In this document: in pieces, positions 27,835 through 38,582 of the stretch
Layout of the letters: the number at the start of each line of letters is the position of its first letter
How positions within the stretch are numbered: the stretch's first letter is position 1
Origin: a virus
IMG/VR virus record: IMGVR_UViG_3300028883_000003
Span: 32,001-96,000 of that record
DNA length: 64,000 nucleotides
Strand: one strand, 5' to 3'
Made by a program: the position numbers and the translations under genes
The notes under the pieces: model-generated
The model's database searches: none
What the model saw: only the letters and a program-made list of their open reading frames with translations
Told to the model about the DNA's origin: nothing

Positions 27835-29646
27835 TTGGCAAAACCACAGTTTACAGCACGGGAACTAACTGATCGACTGTTCCCAATTTATTGGTATCGA
27901 AAGCATTTAGATGTTGCTTGTCGTGATTTATTGGGACTAGAATTAAGCCCACACCATTCCCTTATTTTGCGTGATTGGGGAAGGGGCAAACCTGTTAACC
28001 TATTATTTTCAAGTCGTGGTATGGGTAAATCGGTTTTAATGGCTATATTTTATCTTTTGATGGCTGTGCTATACCCAAATTTGAAAATGATTGCTGTAGC
28101 TGGTCAGGGTTATCGTGGCAGTAAATTTATTTTGATGGAATGTGAAAGAATTATTGAAGGCTATTTATCTGGGCAAAAAAGAGTAAAGTATATAAAAAAA
28201 TCGTTAAGGGATCGTACCAGAATAATTTTTAAAGACCCGGCTTATTGGTCAATTCAATTTTCTAATGGTTCAATAATTTATGGTATTCCTTTGGGGGCTA
28301 GTACTGATGGTTCTAATATTCGTGGTTTACGTGCACACATAATTGGTCAGGATGAGGCATTTTTGATTCCAACCAAACTTTATCAATCTGTTCTTGATCC
28401 TATGTCCAATGTTTTGTATGATCCCACTAAACCTGCTGATAAACAACAGATTAAAAATATGACGTTGGCCGTTTCAACTGCTGATTATTCGTTCAGAGAT
28501 TTTTATTTACAGTACGAATATTACAAATCAGTACTTGAGACCGAAGAACAAGTTGAAGTTGGTTTGAAAAAGCTAACTAAAGAAGACATATCAGTTTTTG
28601 AGTTCAACATTGATGACGCATACTATACGAGAAATGGAGAAAGAGTTCCTACGTGGGGTTTAGATTATGACCGAATGTTGAAGAAAAGAAATTCTCCAAC
28701 GACTGATATTAATTTATGGAATGCTGAAAATAAAAATATACCCCTTAACTTACAAGGTGGTTATTTTCCATTTGAATCAATTGAAGCAGGACAGAATGTA
28801 GTTTTAAAAACAGCTACTGAACAATATCCAGAGGCTTTAGATTCTTGTTCGGGGCAATGTATACTTGGAATTGATACCGCTCCAAGTGGTGACAACACAG
28901 CATTTGTTGTGATAAAAGCTGGCCCTTACAACTATGTGGACAAAGACGTAGAAAAATGTAAGACAGCAAATATGGGTAAACCTTGTCCGATCTTAGGAGT
29001 GGGGAGAGGCTGTACATTAACCTCCCATGCCCAAGTTATATTTGCCTACGAAGAGAACAAGATGAGCCAGCAGGATAGAATCAAGCTTATTTATGAATTG
29101 ATGAGTCGATACAACATCATATCAATCGCTATGGATGCCCGTGGCGGTGGGCTTGAACTATCCGATTTGTTAGCGGACCCGGAGTTTATTAAACAGTCTA
29201 TTCATTTTGATGCTAAACCGATCTTCGATCCGGAACGAAGACCAGAAGGAAAAGGCATGCCAATCCTTACTTTGTATAGCACCACTCAAGAACAGAACAT
29301 GTTGTTTAATGGCTATCTGAAGGGCATTATAACAAATCAGGTTCTTCTTTTCCCTAAGCCTTTGCGAGACCGGCCAGACAATCCAAGAATTTTAGAGATT
29401 GCTGGCCATGTGGAAACACTTACTAATCAAGTTGCCAGAATTAAAGCAATACCGTCTGGCAAAGGGATTAAATTTGACATAGAGAGTATAGACCCAAATA
29501 CCGGACGACGTGTGCCGGGTAAAAAAGATTTATATAGTGCGTTGTTGTACGCTTGTGGTAAGATGAGAGATTTGGTAGAGGTTCAATTAAGTCAAAGTGA
29601 CTTTTCCGTTGATGACCTACCATTACCAGCTGCTTTTAACATGTAA
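27835..29646 (+). CDS. terminase large subunit
   Basis: Walker A SRGMGKS, IRGLRAHIIGQDEAF Walker B, nuclease ILGIDTA...DNTA, IAMDARGGG, KDLYSA. Confidence 0.92.
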   Translation: MAKPQFTARELTDRLFPIYWYRKHLDVACRDLLGLELSPHHSLILRDWGRGKPVNLLFSSRGMGKSVLMAIFYLLMAVLYPNLKMIAVAGQGYRGSKFILMECERIIEGYLSGQKRVKYIKKSLRDRTRIIFKDPAYWSIQFSNGSIIYGIPLGASTDGSNIRGLRAHIIGQDEAFLIPTKLYQSVLDPMSNVLYDPTKPADKQQIKNMTLAVSTADYSFRDFYLQYEYYKSVLETEEQVEVGLKKLTKEDISVFEFNIDDAYYTRNGERVPTWGLDYDRMLKKRNSPTTDINLWNAENKNIPLNLQGGYFPFESIEAGQNVVLKTATEQYPEALDSCSGQCILGIDTAPSGDNTAFVVIKAGPYNYVDKDVEKCKTANMGKPCPILGVGRGCTLTSHAQVIFAYEENKMSQQDRIKLIYELMSRYNIISIAMDARGGGLELSDLLADPEFIKQSIHFDAKPIFDPERRPEGKGMPILTLYSTTQEQNMLFNGYLKGIITNQVLLFPKPLRDRPDNPRILEIAGHVETLTNQVARIKAIPSGKGIKFDIESIDPNTGRRVPGKKDLYSALLYACGKMRDLVEVQLSQSDFSVDDLPLPAAFNM

Positions 29647-29655
29647 GGATTTATT

Positions 29656-31797
29656 GTGGCTTTATACGGGAATCGAACCAGATATAAGACTGGAAAAAAA
29701 CATAAAACTATTATTCGTTCATCCAAGCCAGTAAAAAACGTTGTTGCTGATGTAGATAAAAATATAGCTAATGCTGTAGCTATTCATACAGTTGTTAATT
29801 CGCGTACTGCTACGTCTGTTTTGACAACAGTTAATGATTATCAAAATCCTGACCTAAACAACAGAACAACAGTTGTTAATTTGTCCAGACAGTTGCGTTC
29901 TATTGAGGGCATATGTGCTTCAGTAGCAGACCTGTTGGCAGATTTTGGTGTGACCAAAGGTGCCTATTATTCTGACAGCGAAGAATTAAAACTTATGTTA
30001 AACAAGTGGGCTAATTTTGTAAATGGTCCAATTGCTTTGTCCAAACAAAAAGGAGTGGTTTTTCCTGTTCCCGGAATAAGATCATTGTCACGTAAAATTT
30101 TTGATGATTATATTACGGATGGTGATGCTGTCTTTACTTTGTTTTGGAAAAATGGTGTGAAGATGGACCCTAATGACACAGAGTCTTATTTCATACCTGT
30201 GTCCATAAAAACATTAGACACCGCTTCTTTGACAATTGATCCTGATTTAGCTAGTCTTGGTGTTGAGCGAATTGAGTTAAAATTCAGCAACGACACTTTA
30301 AAGCGTATTAAAGAACCTACTACGGATGCCGATAAGTTTTTAAGGGATAGTTTGCCTAAAGAGTGGTTAAAATTTATCAATAGTGGTGAGTCAATTATTT
30401 TGGATGCAAACGTAACTTATCATTTAAAGCGTAATGGGAAAGATTGGAAGGCATGGGGAGAGCCTTTATTCTTAAAGGCATTTAGTGCTGTTGCAGCTAA
30501 ACGAAGATTACAAGCCGTAGACGATGCAACTATTGATGGTCTTATTAATCGTTTTACTGTTTTTAAGTTAGGTCTTGAAGATAAAGATAAAAATCCGGCT
30601 TATCACATTCCTTCTAATGCTCGTACTCAAGCACTAATTGAAATTTTAACTAGTTCAAAAAGAACTAATGCTATCGTTTGGCCGGGTCCAGATTTGGATA
30701 TTATGGATATTGGTCCAGACGGTAAAATTTTGGAGTTTGACCAAAAGTATAAACAAGCTGATATTGATATCTTAAGAGCCCTGCACGTATCTCCTCTTTT
30801 GATTGATGGAGGTTCTACTGGACAATCTGCCAGAGACTGGGCTGCTTTTGTGAGTACTGAAGTTGGACTTGATGCTATTCGCAATGAATTAGAGCAGACC
30901 TTTACACAAATCGGTAAAGAAATAGCATTGGCCAATAAAATGGATTATGAGCAGCTTTATTACAAATTTGATACCCAAATGTTGAAGGATGAAAAAGCCG
31001 TAAGAGACTTTGCATTAAAAGTTTTTGAGCTTGGTGGTTTATCTGTGGAAACATTTGTTCGCACCATGGGGTATGATTTTAACACCGAGAAAACACTCAA
31101 AGAACGAGAGCAGTCAAGTGGTGTTTCTGATTTGTTTGTTAATCCTAATGTTCCGGGGTTTACTGGAAAAACACCAGATGGCGGCGATGGTCGTCCGCCG
31201 GGGAGTACTGATGACGAACCAAGGGAAGATAAAGATAAGTCTGCTGCTTCTAACCCGTTGGATAATGTTACTGTTTTTTATGGGATGTACAAACGAACAT
31301 TTGATTCTGTTATAAAAAACGTTAACTATCACTTGGCCATTAACCAAAAAAACATGGCCACTATGACTCTTATAGCAGGCTTTAACCAATTTAAACTTTT
31401 GGTTGATTCACAATTAAACAATACATTTTTGAAATATTCTGGTGGTAATGTAACGGGGTATTTGGAAAAGTTATTGCAGTGGAATGAAAATTATATTACT
31501 CGTTTTTATCAACAGGCAGCAACGGCTTTAGAAACAAGTCAAGAAGATTTCAATTTGTTGGCTAAAAAAAGCGATGAGCGTATTTTGATGTATGCACAGG
31601 AAAGTTTTAGAAAGGCCAAGTGGGTTGGTTTGATGGCATTGGCTAAACTAGAAGGCAAAACCAAAGCTATTTGGTCTTGTGATAACCCGCAAAATATAAC
31701 ATGTGTTGAAAACAATGGAAAATCTTTTGATTTGGATATTTTGGTTGGCATGTTTCCAAGTCATCCTAATTGCAAGTGCACATTGGAGTTTATGTAA
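29656..31797 (+). CDS. portal protein with C-terminal gpF/SPP1 gp7-like head morphogenesis domain
   Basis: Follows TerL; portal-like helical body; G/P/D-rich linker; C-terminal C...HPNCKC motif. Confidence 0.7.
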   Translation: MALYGNRTRYKTGKKHKTIIRSSKPVKNVVADVDKNIANAVAIHTVVNSRTATSVLTTVNDYQNPDLNNRTTVVNLSRQLRSIEGICASVADLLADFGVTKGAYYSDSEELKLMLNKWANFVNGPIALSKQKGVVFPVPGIRSLSRKIFDDYITDGDAVFTLFWKNGVKMDPNDTESYFIPVSIKTLDTASLTIDPDLASLGVERIELKFSNDTLKRIKEPTTDADKFLRDSLPKEWLKFINSGESIILDANVTYHLKRNGKDWKAWGEPLFLKAFSAVAAKRRLQAVDDATIDGLINRFTVFKLGLEDKDKNPAYHIPSNARTQALIEILTSSKRTNAIVWPGPDLDIMDIGPDGKILEFDQKYKQADIDILRALHVSPLLIDGGSTGQSARDWAAFVSTEVGLDAIRNELEQTFTQIGKEIALANKMDYEQLYYKFDTQMLKDEKAVRDFALKVFELGGLSVETFVRTMGYDFNTEKTLKEREQSSGVSDLFVNPNVPGFTGKTPDGGDGRPPGSTDDEPREDKDKSAASNPLDNVTVFYGMYKRTFDSVIKNVNYHLAINQKNMATMTLIAGFNQFKLLVDSQLNNTFLKYSGGNVTGYLEKLLQWNENYITRFYQQAATALETSQEDFNLLAKKSDERILMYAQESFRKAKWVGLMALAKLEGKTKAIWSCDNPQNITCVENNGKSFDLDILVGMFPSHPNCKCTLEFM

Positions 31798-32195
31798 TGG
31801 AATTAGATCATACTAAAAGAGAGCAAGCAATACAGGAGTTAGAAAATATCAGTTTTGTTCGAGAGTCTGGCCAATACCAGATGTCCACTGGACATATTAT
31901 AACTAGGCTTTTACCAAATCTTTTAACATCCTCTTATTGCCAAATATTTGAATCAGTTTACAATGAGTATAGTAATAAACCGAATGGAATGCCTGTTCAT
32001 ACTCATTCAGAATCGCGTGAAGTATTTTATCAATTAAAAGGGCAATCTAATTTTTCAGATGGTTCAGTTTTGAATCAGGGGGAAATAAAAATTATCGAAG
32101 CGGGGGAAGAGCACGGTGTTGTCTTAAGTGCTGGTTCAGCATTAGTAATTATAGCTCATCCACCCATTAAATCATTACCAAAAGGGAGTGACTAA
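31797..32195 (+). CDS. cupin-domain protein
   Basis: PVHTH...EVFYQLKG...G...IEAGEEH cupin motifs; start 31797 overlaps the portal stop. Confidence 0.8.
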   Translation: MELDHTKREQAIQELENISFVRESGQYQMSTGHIITRLLPNLLTSSYCQIFESVYNEYSNKPNGMPVHTHSESREVFYQLKGQSNFSDGSVLNQGEIKIIEAGEEHGVVLSAGSALVIIAHPPIKSLPKGSD

Positions 32196-32554
32196 TGGTT
32201 GATTCTCAAGTTTTACTTAAGTTTCAAGAAGACATCAATGAATTGAGATCAAAGGTACAGGCTATAGAAATTCAAGTTGCATTAATTCCGCCTGCTGAAC
32301 TGTTGCAGTTTAAGGGAAAAGTATTACAGGCTTTAAAAACAATTAATGATGATATAAAAAAAATAAGTAGTGGATATGCAGAATTATCTAAAGCACAAGT
32401 GCAGCAAGATAGTTCTTTTATAGAAAAAATTGGTAAGCTGGACACTAGAATTGTGGTGTTGACTACTAAAGTAGCAATTTATGCCACTATTTTGGCAACC
32501 ATTCTTACTGTAGTTTTTAGTTCTTTGATTCAATATATGATAGGTAAATTTTAA
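32195..32554 (+). CDS. coiled-coil protein with C-terminal TM (holin/XhlA-like)
   Basis: Coiled coil followed by a single hydrophobic helix VAIYATILATILTVVFSSLI. Confidence 0.5.
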   Translation: MVDSQVLLKFQEDINELRSKVQAIEIQVALIPPAELLQFKGKVLQALKTINDDIKKISSGYAELSKAQVQQDSSFIEKIGKLDTRIVVLTTKVAIYATILATILTVVFSSLIQYMIGKF

Positions 32555-35500
32555 ATGCACAAACTAATTGTTTTGTCAGCAATGTTTTTGGCTTTATTGT
32601 CGTTGTTTTTAGCTGTACCATCTTTGGCTACAGTAAATGTTTCGTTGACAATTAGTCAAGCAGATGCTACATATTTACGAGCCATACCAATTCAGGACTC
32701 GGCAGGTCGAGGAGTTTCTGAAAATTGGGGGTTAGCCCTAAATGCCACCAAAGATACTTTAATTTGGGTAGACTTATCTGGTGCTGCTCTTGGCTCCAGC
32801 ATTTCTGCATCAGAGTTAGCTGATGAGGATTGGGGAGATGTCTCGATTTCCTCTGGCGTGGCTAGTGTTGAAGATTTAACAATTTCTGGCGAAACCGCTG
32901 GTGATATTTTACATTTTAATGGTTCTAATTGGGTACGTTTAGCCATTGGTACTGTTGGCCAAGTGTTAACTGTCAATAGTGGAGAAACTGCTCCAGAGTG
33001 GGATGCTGCTGGTGGTGGAATTGCCGATCTTGCTACGCTATTTGCTTATTTCCATCGAGATTACTTTGATACTACTTCGGATATTGTTGGTGATTCAATT
33101 ACGGTTTTATTGGCTGACTCTGCTGGTATTTCTTTGAAGGCTGTTCAAGATGCTAGTGGCAATACAATAACAACTACTTATGCCCCAGTTGCTACTCCTA
33201 CGTTTACTACTTCAATTGGAATTGGTTCGACAACCATAACTGAAGCTGAATTGGCTGCTTTGGATAGTGTTGCCAGTGTTGACGGGTTGGCTATAACTGG
33301 TCAGACAGCTGGTGACATTCTGTGTTTCTATGGTGGAGCTTGGAATTTAGTAAATGCTGGTTCGGCTGGTCAGGTTTTGGAGATGCAAACTGGCGACACG
33401 ACTGTTGGTTGGGGGACCGATGATGGTGCTGGTGCGGCCTCAATTGAAAACGATGTATATGGTTCTGGCTGGAACGATGATATTACAAATGGTGCTTCTC
33501 AAAATGCTATTTATGATTATTTACATCAAATGGACACAGATGATGATGGTGATATTGATAATTTAGATGGTACTTTTATTGATGCTGGTGGAACTCAAGC
33601 ATTAACAGGTAGCTGGGCTGCTGGTGATTTTAATATAACAGGTTTAAATAAGGTTGAAACTGATTCTATTCAGTTTACTAGCCACATGATTGTGGGAGCA
33701 ACGGCAATTACTCCGACTGAAGTTAGCTATTTATCTGGCGTTACGTCGGCTATTCAGACTCAACTTGATGGTCAGGATGAAATCACGGAGTTAGGTTCTG
33801 GAAACTGGAAGGTTTATTACTCCAATGGTTCAGGAGCAATTATAGAATTAGCACTTGGTACTAATGGGCAGGTTTTAACTTCCAATGGTACTACATCTGC
33901 TCCCACCTTCGAAACCCCTTCTGGTTCTGGTCTTACATATTTTACCGAAGGTGATGATAACGATACTTCAACATTTACAGCCACTGCCCCGAATACTGTT
34001 ATAGGTTTTGCCAGTTCAATAACTATGCAGGGAAACTCTGTTGATGGTGCTCAGCATATTACTGCGGACACTGTTTTTGCTGATGTCTATTTATCTACGG
34101 GTGATGTGTCTGGTAGTATTACACTTGAAGGAATTACTTCGGGTGGCTTTACCTTGGGAGTTCTCGATGTTGCTGGTAGTCTTGTTGATGTGTATCTTCC
34201 TACGGTAGATGGTACTCAAAACCAATTTTTGATGTCGGATTCCGGGGCCGGTACTGATAGTTTGGTGTGGGCAACAATAGATTTTTCATTTGTTAGTGGA
34301 GAGATTGCCGATACTCAGATTGCTGATGGTGCTGTAGATGGTGGTTCAGGTGGCGAGATTGCCGATCACACAATTGATGCTAATGATATTAAGTGGACTT
34401 CCACACCGGGTTCGGGAGAAGATGATTATCTTGTTTCTTACGACTATGCCAGTGAAAGTTTTACAGCCGTCGCAGGAGGAGCGGGTGAAATTAACACAGC
34501 CTCTAACCAAGGAGCTGGTTATAAATTATATGAACAAAAAACAACTTATGATCTTGAATTCAAAACCATTACAGCGGGTACTGGCATTTCTTTAGATACG
34601 GCCACTGCTAATCAGTTAAATATTTCGATTAGTTCAATTGATTCCACTTTGTTTAACCAAACTCAAACTGATGCCTATGTGAATTTATTAGTAAATGGTT
34701 ATATTGACACTACAACTTTGGACACTATTGAATATTCCCATAAAGCAATTGCTGATGCGAGTGGTAACACGATAACAACCACTTATGCTCCTATAGATAA
34801 CCCGACGTTTACTACCGCAATTACGATAGGTTCGGCTGGTATAAGTGAAACAGAGTTGGAGATTTTGGATGGTGCCACTGTTACAACTACGGAACTTAAT
34901 GTGCTTAGTGGCATTCCCGGAACCTTGACAGTTACCGAACTTGGGTATGTTGATGGTGTTACTTCATCAATACAAAATCAGATAAATGCAATTGCTGTGT
35001 TTTGGGACACTGTTACTAATGCTAATACTTTGCAAGCTACGGGTACTACTGATTCTGCATTTTTGCGAATAATAAATGATGGTGACTCTGTTACTAGATT
35101 TAGTGCTCCTACTGGGGCTAAGTTTAGTTTTGAGGGAGACGGAATTTGGACAAATATACCATATTTAAGTTCGGATACAGTTGCTGCGGCTGTGTTTGAT
35201 ATGACTGGTGGTAAGATACTTGATGGTTCTGACGATATACAAAGTTTTTCTGCTGGGGACTTAGAGGTTTTGAGCAATTCTTTATATATAAAACAGGATG
35301 CTGTTGATACAACCGAATTAAATATGGGGCTATCTGGAATCTTTACTGGGAGTATTTTATATAGTGGTTCATTAGAAATTCCTAATAGTGACAACCCTAC
35401 TACTGATGCATCCGGCGAACTTGCAGTTGACCAAAATGCTTCTGCTCTTGAGGTTTATGACAGTACACAAACAGTTTCTGTTTTAATACCGTTGTACAAC

Positions 35501-35854
35501 CCTATTCAAGCTGCAATTGCTTCTCCTGATTTACTAGAGGATACCATTACTATTTTTCAGGTTAATTCTTTATTATATCCGTATGGTATTGGTTTGTTGC
35601 AGGCAGAATTAATTGTTAATGATACTGGAACCGCTTATTCAATTCAGCTTGAAGAATGGACAGGAAAGCAACACAGAGCAAGAGCGGGATATATAGATAC
35701 ACTAACAACAACATCTGATTCTTCTTATACGAGTTCTATTTCGTTTAATGATGGTGACTTTGCTACGGGTAACCAAATTAGAGCAATAGTGCCATCTACC
35801 GAAGTTGACGAAATATACCTTTCTTTAGTATTCTTTGTCAAAGAGGGTGATTAA
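32555..35854 (+). CDS. exported 1099-aa fibre-like protein
   Basis: Signal peptide MHKLIVLSAMFLALLSLFLAVPSLA; repeated G..GQVL...W modules, VTS[AS]IQ.Q[LI] and TEL..L motifs typical of phage fibres; duplicated DASGNTITTTYAP. Confidence 0.7.
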   Translation: MHKLIVLSAMFLALLSLFLAVPSLATVNVSLTISQADATYLRAIPIQDSAGRGVSENWGLALNATKDTLIWVDLSGAALGSSISASELADEDWGDVSISSGVASVEDLTISGETAGDILHFNGSNWVRLAIGTVGQVLTVNSGETAPEWDAAGGGIADLATLFAYFHRDYFDTTSDIVGDSITVLLADSAGISLKAVQDASGNTITTTYAPVATPTFTTSIGIGSTTITEAELAALDSVASVDGLAITGQTAGDILCFYGGAWNLVNAGSAGQVLEMQTGDTTVGWGTDDGAGAASIENDVYGSGWNDDITNGASQNAIYDYLHQMDTDDDGDIDNLDGTFIDAGGTQALTGSWAAGDFNITGLNKVETDSIQFTSHMIVGATAITPTEVSYLSGVTSAIQTQLDGQDEITELGSGNWKVYYSNGSGAIIELALGTNGQVLTSNGTTSAPTFETPSGSGLTYFTEGDDNDTSTFTATAPNTVIGFASSITMQGNSVDGAQHITADTVFADVYLSTGDVSGSITLEGITSGGFTLGVLDVAGSLVDVYLPTVDGTQNQFLMSDSGAGTDSLVWATIDFSFVSGEIADTQIADGAVDGGSGGEIADHTIDANDIKWTSTPGSGEDDYLVSYDYASESFTAVAGGAGEINTASNQGAGYKLYEQKTTYDLEFKTITAGTGISLDTATANQLNISISSIDSTLFNQTQTDAYVNLLVNGYIDTTTLDTIEYSHKAIADASGNTITTTYAPIDNPTFTTAITIGSAGISETELEILDGATVTTTELNVLSGIPGTLTVTELGYVDGVTSSIQNQINAIAVFWDTVTNANTLQATGTTDSAFLRIINDGDSVTRFSAPTGAKFSFEGDGIWTNIPYLSSDTVAAAVFDMTGGKILDGSDDIQSFSAGDLEVLSNSLYIKQDAVDTTELNMGLSGIFTGSILYSGSLEIPNSDNPTTDASGELAVDQNASALEVYDSTQTVSVLIPLYNPIQAAIASPDLLEDTITIFQVNSLLYPYGIGLLQAELIVNDTGTAYSIQLEEWTGKQHRARAGYIDTLTTTSDSSYTSSISFNDGDFATGNQIRAIVPSTEVDEIYLSLVFFVKEGD

Positions 35855-37119
35855 TGCGGTATATATTATATTTATTGTTATTGTGTTTGCTTGTACCAAC
35901 TATTGACGGTGCGGATTGGTCTTTTACTATTTCAGGGGATGATACCGCCGACGTTGACGATGCTGATTTATGGAGCACGTCATCTACGTTACTTCGTGGT
36001 GATACTTCTACAACGATGTGGGTAGGGACCAATAGTGGGGAACGTTGCGGTTGGGTTCATTTCGTAAATTTAGATGATAGTCTTGCCACATATCCGGGAG
36101 TTGTTGATTCTATCCTTTTGATTGCTGCTATTGGTGCAGGCGAGCCACTGATTGACACTACCGGGGATGACGATTCTCTCTGGTTACTTGTGTCCCCTGT
36201 CAGAAAAATCCCGGTTGAGGCAGAGGTTTCGTGGGACACTTGTAACAGCGGGGAGGAATGGACAACTGCTGGTGCTAAAGATATTTCGGATGCGTATCAG
36301 ACGGCCTTAGATACGACAGGCCCTATTGTGTTTGAAGACTATTCATCTCTTGACACTGTGCATTTATGGGTGGACCCACAAAGCTTACTGAACAGCAATA
36401 ACGGCTGGATTATTCGCCCACTTTGCGAAGGTGATGGTAATATTCAGGTGGTTTTTGCAACAAGTGAGGATGGTAATCCGGGGTTTTCTTTGGTTGTTTA
36501 CGGGCATACAGAGGCAATAGTAAGTGCAACAACAGATACAGTTTCTTATAGCTATAATGATGCTGGTTTTACAACAGTGTGGAGTACGACTGGTACGACT
36601 GGCAGGCTTGGAGAAACTGGGATGGGTGATTGGTATAAGTCCTGTATAAGGTTTACAAGTATTAATGTTGACACAAATGCCACGGTTGATTCGGCTTTTA
36701 TATATGTTACCGGTGGTGGTTTAGGGTCGGGATTTGGGAGTATATATGCCAGAATTTATGCTGTTAATGTAGGCGATGCTGATCCATTTACTACAGCGGT
36801 ATTTTATGATAGTTTGCTTACTAATCATAAAACGTCTGCATATGTTAATTGGACTACCGACTTCAATTGGTCACCGACTGGGTCAAATAAAAGTCCTGAT
36901 ATTAAAACTGTTGTACAAGAAGTATTTGATAGGCCTGATTGGGTTATGAGCAATGCTCTTGCTTTTTTGTTTGCTGCTAATGGGACTACTACTACCAACG
37001 GCGAATATGTTGTTTACAAAACTTATGATGGTAGTGCGTCAACGGCACCATCGTTAGTTTTGTACTTAACTAACCCAGTAACTGGACGTTCTACAATAAT
37101 TCGAATTAATGCGGGCTAA
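35854..37119 (+). CDS. exported protein with two DNRLRE/CBM96-like domains
   Basis: Signal peptide MRYILYLLLLCLLVPTIDG; AEVSW...WTTAG, NNGWII, ATVDSAFIY, PSLVLY patterns. Confidence 0.6.
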   Translation: MRYILYLLLLCLLVPTIDGADWSFTISGDDTADVDDADLWSTSSTLLRGDTSTTMWVGTNSGERCGWVHFVNLDDSLATYPGVVDSILLIAAIGAGEPLIDTTGDDDSLWLLVSPVRKIPVEAEVSWDTCNSGEEWTTAGAKDISDAYQTALDTTGPIVFEDYSSLDTVHLWVDPQSLLNSNNGWIIRPLCEGDGNIQVVFATSEDGNPGFSLVVYGHTEAIVSATTDTVSYSYNDAGFTTVWSTTGTTGRLGETGMGDWYKSCIRFTSINVDTNATVDSAFIYVTGGGLGSGFGSIYARIYAVNVGDADPFTTAVFYDSLLTNHKTSAYVNWTTDFNWSPTGSNKSPDIKTVVQEVFDRPDWVMSNALAFLFAANGTTTTNGEYVVYKTYDGSASTAPSLVLYLTNPVTGRSTIIRINAG

Positions 37120-37120
37120 T

Positions 37121-38581
37121 ATGAAACTTTTTTTTATTTTGTTTTTTATGCTGTTGTTTCCTTCGTTGCTATTTGCAGAAGTTGACACGGTTTATGATAC
37201 AATTTATACTTCCACAGATGACGCCCAATTTTTTACTAGTTTGGTAACGGATAGCAATTACTTACGAGCCGGTCAAGCTTCTAGCGGGTATTTTTTTAAC
37301 GCTTTGTTACGTTTTGACAATTTACCTATGAAACAAGGTGAGTATCTTGTTAGTGTTGATTTATACTTGTTTGATTTGGCGTCAGACACAACCATTGGAG
37401 AGCCAAGTTTAATAATTAAGTTAGAAGACACAGGCAATTCAACAACTTTTAGTGATTCGGCTGATTATGTTAGTAGGCATTGGACAACTGATAGTGTAAA
37501 TTGGACTGTTACAAGGCCGGAGGGGCTTTATGGTTGGGAATTTGACCCTCGTTACAACAATTATACTGCTGTAACGTCTTTAGCTCCTTTGTTTCAGACT
37601 ATTGTGGATAGAGCAGATTTTGATTCTAGTCAGGCAATAACAGTTCGAATTTTTGATAGGCCTTTATATGAGGATGCTTATACTACTTTTTATTCCTTTG
37701 ATGGTGATTCTGCAAAAGCCCCATATTTAGTTATCGTTAGGGTAATACCAAGCACTGATAGTTGTAAAACATACATATGTATGTGTGACACAACCTCAAT
37801 AAGAGACACCTATATACCAGATGGTGAAACTGTTTCTGATACAATGCGGGTTATTTTTTATGTTGCATGCACTCCCGATAGTGTGCCAAAAGTGTCAGAT
37901 TCAATTATTGCAGCAGCAGTGGACTCTCTAAATGGTAGTCGACTCTTAGGAAGAGCAAAAATTTATATAAAGTATGATATTTTACATATTTATTCTTCTT
38001 ATTTTACAAACCACGTAATAAATTCTATTGATGCTGAAGCGTTTAAGGGGCTGTATAGTGTACATTTAGATTCTGCGGCAGCTCACTATTCTGTGGATAT
38101 AAATGTTGGGGTTTACACGTTTGGTACGTACCCGTGGGACGCGGCTTCTAATCCTTACGATGGCACTTATGGAGCGTGGAACGGTGCAACCCCACAAAGA
38201 ATTTCACATGAGCTTTTGCATACGTTTGGGCTTATGCATACAAACATTGGTACTTTTAGTGAAGTGCTTGGCCCACCTATAGATGATGATTTTTTATGTG
38301 GCCCATGTTGGGAGTACCCTGTTGAGTATGGACAAAGTGATTCTGTTAGAAATGAGATTGGGGATAAATGCTCAGATACTGATCCTAGCCCAAAAGTAAC
38401 ACCGGGATTTGTGTGTGGGAGTGATGCATATGATAGTACAAAGTCTGATTCTTTGATTATGCGATCTGTACCACACTCTACGCTTGGATTGGCAATTACA
38501 GCACAACAGGCTGGTAGAGTACGATGTCATACAAGGTATTGGTTTCCGGGTTGGTATATTTTTATGGGAGAAACACAATAA
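37121..38581 (+). CDS. exported DNRLRE-like domain + metzincin (M43 pappalysin-like) zinc protease
   Basis: Signal peptide MKLFFILFFMLLFPSLLFA; HELLHTFGLMH zinc motif; GDKCSDTDP; Met-turn-like LIMRS. Confidence 0.78.
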   Translation: MKLFFILFFMLLFPSLLFAEVDTVYDTIYTSTDDAQFFTSLVTDSNYLRAGQASSGYFFNALLRFDNLPMKQGEYLVSVDLYLFDLASDTTIGEPSLIIKLEDTGNSTTFSDSADYVSRHWTTDSVNWTVTRPEGLYGWEFDPRYNNYTAVTSLAPLFQTIVDRADFDSSQAITVRIFDRPLYEDAYTTFYSFDGDSAKAPYLVIVRVIPSTDSCKTYICMCDTTSIRDTYIPDGETVSDTMRVIFYVACTPDSVPKVSDSIIAAAVDSLNGSRLLGRAKIYIKYDILHIYSSYFTNHVINSIDAEAFKGLYSVHLDSAAAHYSVDINVGVYTFGTYPWDAASNPYDGTYGAWNGATPQRISHELLHTFGLMHTNIGTFSEVLGPPIDDDFLCGPCWEYPVEYGQSDSVRNEIGDKCSDTDPSPKVTPGFVCGSDAYDSTKSDSLIMRSVPHSTLGLAITAQQAGRVRCHTRYWFPGWYIFMGETQ

Positions 38582-38582
38582 A

